Source of the DNA: Chitinispirillaceae bacterium
GTDB taxonomy: Bacteria > Fibrobacterota > Chitinivibrionia > Chitinivibrionales > Chitinispirillaceae
DNA: 39,914 nt
Reading direction: 5' to 3'
Assembly (NCBI GenBank): GCA_035382965.1
Contig: DAOTAZ010000001.1
Location: 1-39,914, forward strand
A model generated the notes under the pieces. That model worked only from the letters and a program-made list of their open reading frames with translations, ran no database searches and was not told where the DNA came from. Of this stretch, positions 35,010 to 39,914 are shown one piece after another. Made by a program: the position numbers and the translations under genes. Every line of letters begins with the position of its first letter. Positions within the stretch are counted from its first letter, which is position 1.

Positions 35010-36492
35010 TTTCCTTTTCCACCTGTGCTGTTGTTTTGCTGATAAATTCGATTGCACGTTCTATTCTTCGTAAAACAGTTTCCTTGCCAAGTGTCTGCAT
35101 CAGTTCAAACAGACCGGGGCCGAAGCTGACTCCGCTGACCGCAAGCCGTGTGGGATGAATCAGTTTTCCGGAAGAGATACCCGATTTTTCGGCAAGGTCT
35201 CTGTAGAGAGTCTCGAGTTTCTCATGTGAAAAGTTATCCTGAACCGAAAGAGCAGATTTGATCTGAATTAAGTTTTGCAAAGAATCCGGAGTAAAGGTCT
35301 TTCTGGCCGCTTTTTCCTCATAGGATTCCGGGTCTTTGAAGAAATAGGATGAATTATCAATGAGTTCTGTAATGCGTTTTGATCTTCCCTTGAGCAGATC
35401 AATTATTTGAAGCAGCCATGGATCATCGGAGGTCTTTTCTGATGATAGATACCCCCTCTCTTTCCATACAGGGAGTACTTCTTCTGCAAGAGAACGTGAA
35501 TCTCTCTCGGCCATGTAAAGCCCGTTCATCCATTCCAGCTTTTTCTCATCCAGTACCGAGGCTTTCGGCGAAACCTGTTCAAGGGAGAAGGCCTTGATAA
35601 GTTCCTCCCGGCTCATTTTTTCCCGATCATCACCCGGGGCCCATCCAAGGAATGCCAGGAAATTAAACAAAGCCTCAGGAAGGTACCCGGCGTTTTTATA
35701 ATCCATAACAGAGGCAGCACCTTTTCTCTTGGAGAGCTTGCCACCATCGGGGGAAAGGATAACCGGAAGATGGGCAAAAACAGGCGCTTCCCACCCGAAG
35801 GCTTCATAGAGCAGGACATGGCGGGGTGTTGATGCAATCCACTCATCACCGCGAAGTACATGTGAGATCGCCATGAGGTGATCATCAACCACATTTGCCA
35901 TGTGATAGGTAGGATAACCATCGGATTTTATCAGTACCAGATCGTCAAGGACATCACTGCTGTACTCGATTTTACCTCTGATACCATCTTCGAAAGCGAC
36001 TGTTCTTCCGGAGGGGATTTTAAAACGGATCACATACGGTGTACCGGCATCGAGGAGTTTCTTCTCCTCTTCCGGAGAAAGATTACGGCATTTACGGTCA
36101 TAGCCGGCGTTCTGCTTTGTCTTCTCCTGCTCGGCTCTCAACTGCGAGAGTCTCTCAGGAGTACAGAAACAGCGGTAAGCGTGTCCGCTGTCCAGAAGTA
36201 TCTGAGCATGTTTTCTGTAGATATCAAGTCTCTGAGATTGAATATAAGGGCCGTATTCTCCCGGAGCCTCAGGTCCCTCATCCCACTGAAGTCCCAGCCA
36301 TCTGAGACTCTCATATATCTCCTTGAGGGCATCTGCCACAAAACGACTTCTATCGGTGTCTTCGATTCTCAGGATGAAAGTACCACCATGATGACGGGCA
36401 AAAAGGTAGTTAAACAGGGCACTTCTGGCTCCACCTACATGGAGGTAGCCAGTGGGTGAAGGAGCAAAACGGACTCGTACCGGTTTATTCAT
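35002..36492 (-). CDS. gltX: Glutamyl-tRNA synthetase
   Basis: [25 protein letters not shown] (HIGH-type) and GGKLSKRKG (KMSKS) motifs. The track start at 36498 is a TTG; the ATG at 36492 (MNKPVRVRF) is 10 nt after AAGGA. Either is possible. Confidence 0.92.
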   Translation of the reverse strand: MNKPVRVRFAPSPTGYLHVGGARSALFNYLFARHHGGTFILRIEDTDRSRFVADALKEIYESLRWLGLQWDEGPEAPGEYGPYIQSQRLDIYRKHAQILLDSGHAYRCFCTPERLSQLRAEQEKTKQNAGYDRKCRNLSPEEEKKLLDAGTPYVIRFKIPSGRTVAFEDGIRGKIEYSSDVLDDLVLIKSDGYPTYHMANVVDDHLMAISHVLRGDEWIASTPRHVLLYEAFGWEAPVFAHLPVILSPDGGKLSKRKGAASVMDYKNAGYLPEALFNFLAFLGWAPGDDREKMSREELIKAFSLEQVSPKASVLDEKKLEWMNGLYMAERDSRSLAEEVLPVWKERGYLSSEKTSDDPWLLQIIDLLKGRSKRITELIDNSSYFFKDPESYEEKAARKTFTPDSLQNLIQIKSALSVQDNFSHEKLETLYRDLAEKSGISSGKLIHPTRLAVSGVSFGPGLFELMQTLGKETVLRRIERAIEFISKTTAQVEKENG

Positions 36493-36697
36493 TTTCAAAT
36501 GTTCCTTTCAGGTTCAGGAGTCTAAAAATACGTTTTTATTTGTTATTTCGGGACTTTTTTATGAAATGTGTGTTTAAGTGATGCAGGACCCGTCTGTACA
36601 TTTCCAGATGGAACGGATTTTGAAGCAATGTTAAACAGAGCAAGGAGCCCGCGTTAAGGAAAGAGAGTTTCGGCATGTAAAGGTGTGCGGAGGCAAT

Positions 36698-38473
36698 ATG
36701 AGACTGTTTTGGAAATTCCTCAATTTCAGACTTACCGGCAGATTCTCCACTGAAAAGAGCAACAACGATAAGCAAAACGTATCAGAGGTTAACAGAGAAA
36801 CTCTGCCTGACGGATCAGAGCCGGTGTCAATAGGTTCGGGAACAATCTCCGGGCTTATTGAACAGAATGAGACAGATATTCTTTATGAGATCAGCAATAA
36901 GCAACTGGGGTTCAGACGCACACTGAAACTTCTGAAGCCGGGCAATACAAAAGAGAACCAGAAAAGATTTGTGAACCGTTTCGCAGTCGCGGCTCAACTC
37001 ACTCATCCAAATATCACCACGGTACACAACCTTGGGAAATGGAACGGTCTGGACTTTGTGGAAACGGAAAGAGTTTCCGGGTTCAGTGCGGAAAAGTTGA
37101 TCAGTAATAATACTCCCCTCCCTCCGGCAGTGTGTACCGCAGCGGGAATACTGATATGTAAATTTCTTGAATACATCCACGGAGCCTGTATAGTTATAGA
37201 AAACCGGGAATTCAGAGGATTTCTCCACCTTGATCTTAAAACTGGAAGCCTGATTTTTTCCAATTCCGGAGTGCTGAAAGTCAGTGGCCCGGGGAAAGTA
37301 ATACCAATTCAGTTAGCAAGGTCCGGGAAGTTCGAGGCTGAGGAGATTTCTCCTTATTACAGCGCTCCTGAGGTCATGACAGGTGAAACAACACCGGATG
37401 AAAGGTCGGATCTTTTCTCCCTCGGCTGTATTCTCTATGAGCTTGCATCCGGAAAAAAAGCAGTTCAAGCCCCAGAGCAGAGCAAGGAGCAACTGCGCAT
37501 CGGAAAGGCTATCAGTGGTCTTCCGGCCGGGTATACCATATTAGTAAAGAAATGTCTCTCTTTTAGAAAGGAAGACAGACCTACAGACGCGGAAACCGTG
37601 AGAGAGGAACTTGAGGAGATCCACTCCAGGATCACAAGCCTCTCACCTGAGAATACAATTTCTCAATTTATCAATCAGCGCAAAATGAACGAACCGGCAA
37701 TGTTTCCAGAATCCATCAAGGGTACCGGAAAACCCTCGAAGTGCATAAGTGGAAGCATGGTAGCGGTATCCGCCTGCATTCTGCTGCTTGCCGCATCACA
37801 GGAGGTCAGAGATGCCTCAAAGAGATTTGGAAGATCTCTGCAAATAGTATCATTAGTCGAGTATATCCTGAAAACCGGAAAGTCTGCAACCAGTTTACCA
37901 TCAGTACTATTCTCCGGAAACCGGAAAAAACAGACGGATAAAATATCACCTGTTCAGCAGGTACACTCCAGACCTGCAGAAGTTTATACTCCACAGACAA
38001 GCAAAGCATCATTTACCGGCCTCACTGAAACAAACAAGGCAGAAAAAAACAGCCCTCCGCAGACAAAAGATGCACTGATGACGCCCTGGCAAACCATTGG
38101 AAAAGATACAGGCAGCTATTCTGATCCCGGTATTGAAATCAACGATGGAGAGCACTATCTTAACAAGGCATGGCAGCTTTACGGAAAGCAGGACTATACC
38201 GGAGTTCTGGATAACCTTAACAAAGCAGACTCACTCCCTTCCAAACACATAGAAGCTACATACCTCTCCAGAAACATTCAGCACCTGAGAGCGAAAACTC
38301 TTACTGCCGTTTTCCGCAATACCCCATCTCAGGCAAACCTGACCGCTGCTTTAAATTCCTGGGAGGAGCTATTGCTGAAGAACAGCACAAATCCAGACAG
38401 CAGCATTTACAAAGAGGCTGAGAAGGAGAAGATGAATCTTAAAACCGAAGCTTCCTGGAGAGGAATTGAGTAG
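36698..38473 (+). CDS. Membrane-spanning Ser/Thr protein kinase-like protein, predicted pseudokinase
   Basis: ATG at 36698 lies behind GGAGG; the track start at 36683 is GTG. Hanks-type order: IGSGTISG, TLKLLK, LTHPNI, HLDLKTGS, VSG in place of DFG, YYSAPE, DLFSLG, EDRP. A TM segment (VAVSACILLLAA) and a ~220-aa C-terminal region follow. Confidence 0.7.
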   Translation: MRLFWKFLNFRLTGRFSTEKSNNDKQNVSEVNRETLPDGSEPVSIGSGTISGLIEQNETDILYEISNKQLGFRRTLKLLKPGNTKENQKRFVNRFAVAAQLTHPNITTVHNLGKWNGLDFVETERVSGFSAEKLISNNTPLPPAVCTAAGILICKFLEYIHGACIVIENREFRGFLHLDLKTGSLIFSNSGVLKVSGPGKVIPIQLARSGKFEAEEISPYYSAPEVMTGETTPDERSDLFSLGCILYELASGKKAVQAPEQSKEQLRIGKAISGLPAGYTILVKKCLSFRKEDRPTDAETVREELEEIHSRITSLSPENTISQFINQRKMNEPAMFPESIKGTGKPSKCISGSMVAVSACILLLAASQEVRDASKRFGRSLQIVSLVEYILKTGKSATSLPSVLFSGNRKKQTDKISPVQQVHSRPAEVYTPQTSKASFTGLTETNKAEKNSPPQTKDALMTPWQTIGKDTGSYSDPGIEINDGEHYLNKAWQLYGKQDYTGVLDNLNKADSLPSKHIEATYLSRNIQHLRAKTLTAVFRNTPSQANLTAALNSWEELLLKNSTNPDSSIYKEAEKEKMNLKTEASWRGIE

Positions 38474-38489
38474 AAATACCCTCAACAGG

Positions 38490-39914
38490 TCATGCCTTCT
38501 TCTTTACAGGTGGAACATAGCTTTTCAGCATCAAAGAAAGAGTTACAACAGTTACCGAACTGAATGCCATAGCAAGGGCAGCCAGTTCGGGACGAAATGT
38601 TATCTTCCAGACCGGATACAGAGCACCGGCAGCCAGTGGAATCAGAGCGGCATTGTATGCAAAAGCCCAGAAAAGATTCAATTTTATTCTTGAAAGCAGT
38701 TTACGTCCTAATTGAATCGCAGCTACAACATCAACAGGATCACTCTTTACAAGCACAATCTCGCCGCTCTCAAGCGCTATGTCGGTTCCGCTCCCTATGG
38801 CTATCCCTATATCCGCCTGCGCCAATGCAGGAGCATCATTGATACCATCACCGACAAAAGCCACAGATTTGTTGCTCTCCTGCAGTTTCTTTACCTCTGA
38901 TGCCTTATCTCCAGGAAGAACCTCTGCCAGGACATTCTTTATTCCAAGTTTCTCAGCAACTGAGATGGCAGTCCTGCGATTATCACCCGTCATCATTACC
39001 ACCTCCAGCCCCATATTTTCAAGCTCCCTGACAGCCTTCGCAGATGTTTCCTTGGGCGGATCAGCTATTGCCAATACTCCTCTTAACTGTTTCTCCTCAG
39101 CAACCAGCACAACAGTCTTTCCTTCCGCCTCCAAAGGAGTAATTTTTCGCTCCAGAGAATCAAATTCTACTCCGTTCTCCTGCATCAGTTTCCGGTTTCC
39201 AATCAATACGGTTTTACTGTCCAGGGATGCACTGACGCCTTTACCCTCGAGTGTGTTAAACCTGGTAACACTCCTTATTTCAAGTCCTCTTTCCGATGTC
39301 TTTTCTACTATCGCGTCAGCTAAAGGATGCTGAGACCCTTTCTCCACAGATGCAGCCATGGAAAGCAACACATCATCGGTACAGTTTACGCCTGATACGT
39401 CGGTCACTTCCGGTTTTCCTCTGGTCAGTGTTCCGGTTTTATCAAATACAACTGTGGTGATTTTCTGAGCGTTTTCAAGCGCTCCGCCATTTTTTACCAG
39501 TATGCCAAGTTCTGCACCTCTTCCAATGCCGACAGTTACCGCTGTCGGAGAAGCAAGCCCCAGGGCACAGGGACATGCTATCACCAGAATGGCTATGAGA
39601 GTTGTAAGGGCAAAAAGCAGAGTACTTCCAATTACAAAATACCAGATAGAAAATGTAACCAGTGCGACAACAAGAATAAATGGTATAAAATAGCCCACTA
39701 CTTTATCTGCTATCTGCTGGATCGGTGGTTTAGATCCCTGCGCATCCCTGACAAGTTTTATTATCTGGGAAAGAACTGTATCACTCCCCACCCTTTCGGC
39801 TCTGAAATTCAGCACTCCATGCTGGTTGATGGTGCCGCCAACCAGGGGGTCACCCTCTTTTTTCGCCACTGAAATTGGCTCACCGCTTATCATCGATTCG
39901 TCAACCCTGCTCTC
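38490..39914 (-). CDS. copA: Copper-translocating P1B-type ATPase, partial (N-terminus beyond right edge)
   Basis: The frame stays open to the window end (ESRVDESMISGEP...). Motifs: CPCALGLASP, DKTGTLT, GDGINDAP. Cu(I)-type TM signatures are AFAYNAALIP (YN) and AMAFSSVTVV (MxxSS). Confidence 0.88.
   Translation of the reverse strand, partial: ESRVDESMISGEPISVAKKEGDPLVGGTINQHGVLNFRAERVGSDTVLSQIIKLVRDAQGSKPPIQQIADKVVGYFIPFILVVALVTFSIWYFVIGSTLLFALTTLIAILVIACPCALGLASPTAVTVGIGRGAELGILVKNGGALENAQKITTVVFDKTGTLTRGKPEVTDVSGVNCTDDVLLSMAASVEKGSQHPLADAIVEKTSERGLEIRSVTRFNTLEGKGVSASLDSKTVLIGNRKLMQENGVEFDSLERKITPLEAEGKTVVLVAEEKQLRGVLAIADPPKETSAKAVRELENMGLEVVMMTGDNRRTAISVAEKLGIKNVLAEVLPGDKASEVKKLQESNKSVAFVGDGINDAPALAQADIGIAIGSGTDIALESGEIVLVKSDPVDVVAAIQLGRKLLSRIKLNLFWAFAYNAALIPLAAGALYPVWKITFRPELAALAMAFSSVTVVTLSLMLKSYVPPVKKKA

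Noticed and set aside
35010-35057. 16-codon N-terminal extension of glnS
   Set aside because: The ATG at 35009 gives the compact ATG-within-stop overlap with gltX. The extension ([16 protein letters not shown]) lies within gltX coding sequence and has no support.

Overview
Densely coding bacterial chromosomal window of moderate GC (not computed), with Shine-Dalgarno-type RBSs. I cannot assign a taxon from the sequence alone. The housekeeping backbone is miaA, a YibQ-like deacetylase, pdxJ, treY, an MFS transporter, a thioredoxin/DsbD-like membrane protein, rpsT, mtnA, a stand-alone EF-G paralogue, tRNA-Ala(GGC), glnS, gltX and the 3' part of a copA-type P1B ATPase that runs off the right edge. 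Two accessory blocks sit back to back around rpsT. (i) A 10.9-kb minus-strand operon (20438 to 9498) encodes three very large Sec-signal proteins with overlapping start/stop codons: a 702-aa TPR protein, a 1019-aa Ig-like-repeat/PKD/FGE-sulfatase-like protein, and a ~1932-aa giant TPR protein ending in a beta-sandwich plus coiled coil. (ii) A plus-strand cassette (21113-26928) encodes a polytopic TPR/zinc-ribbon membrane protein, a membrane-anchored DUF4388 protein, an MglA-type Ras-like GTPase and an MglB/Roadblock partner. The MglA protein is fused to a ~376-aa Gln/Pro-rich low-complexity tail, and MglB also carries a P/Q-rich tail. This MglA/MglB membrane-tethered module, possibly acting with the neighbouring giant secreted-protein operon, is my best candidate for an undescribed system. 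Other oddities are an EF-G paralogue with degenerate G motifs, a predicted membrane pseudokinase and a translationally coupled gltX-glnS pair followed by tRNA-Ala. I saw no CRISPR array, transposase, integrase, reverse transcriptase or phage genes.
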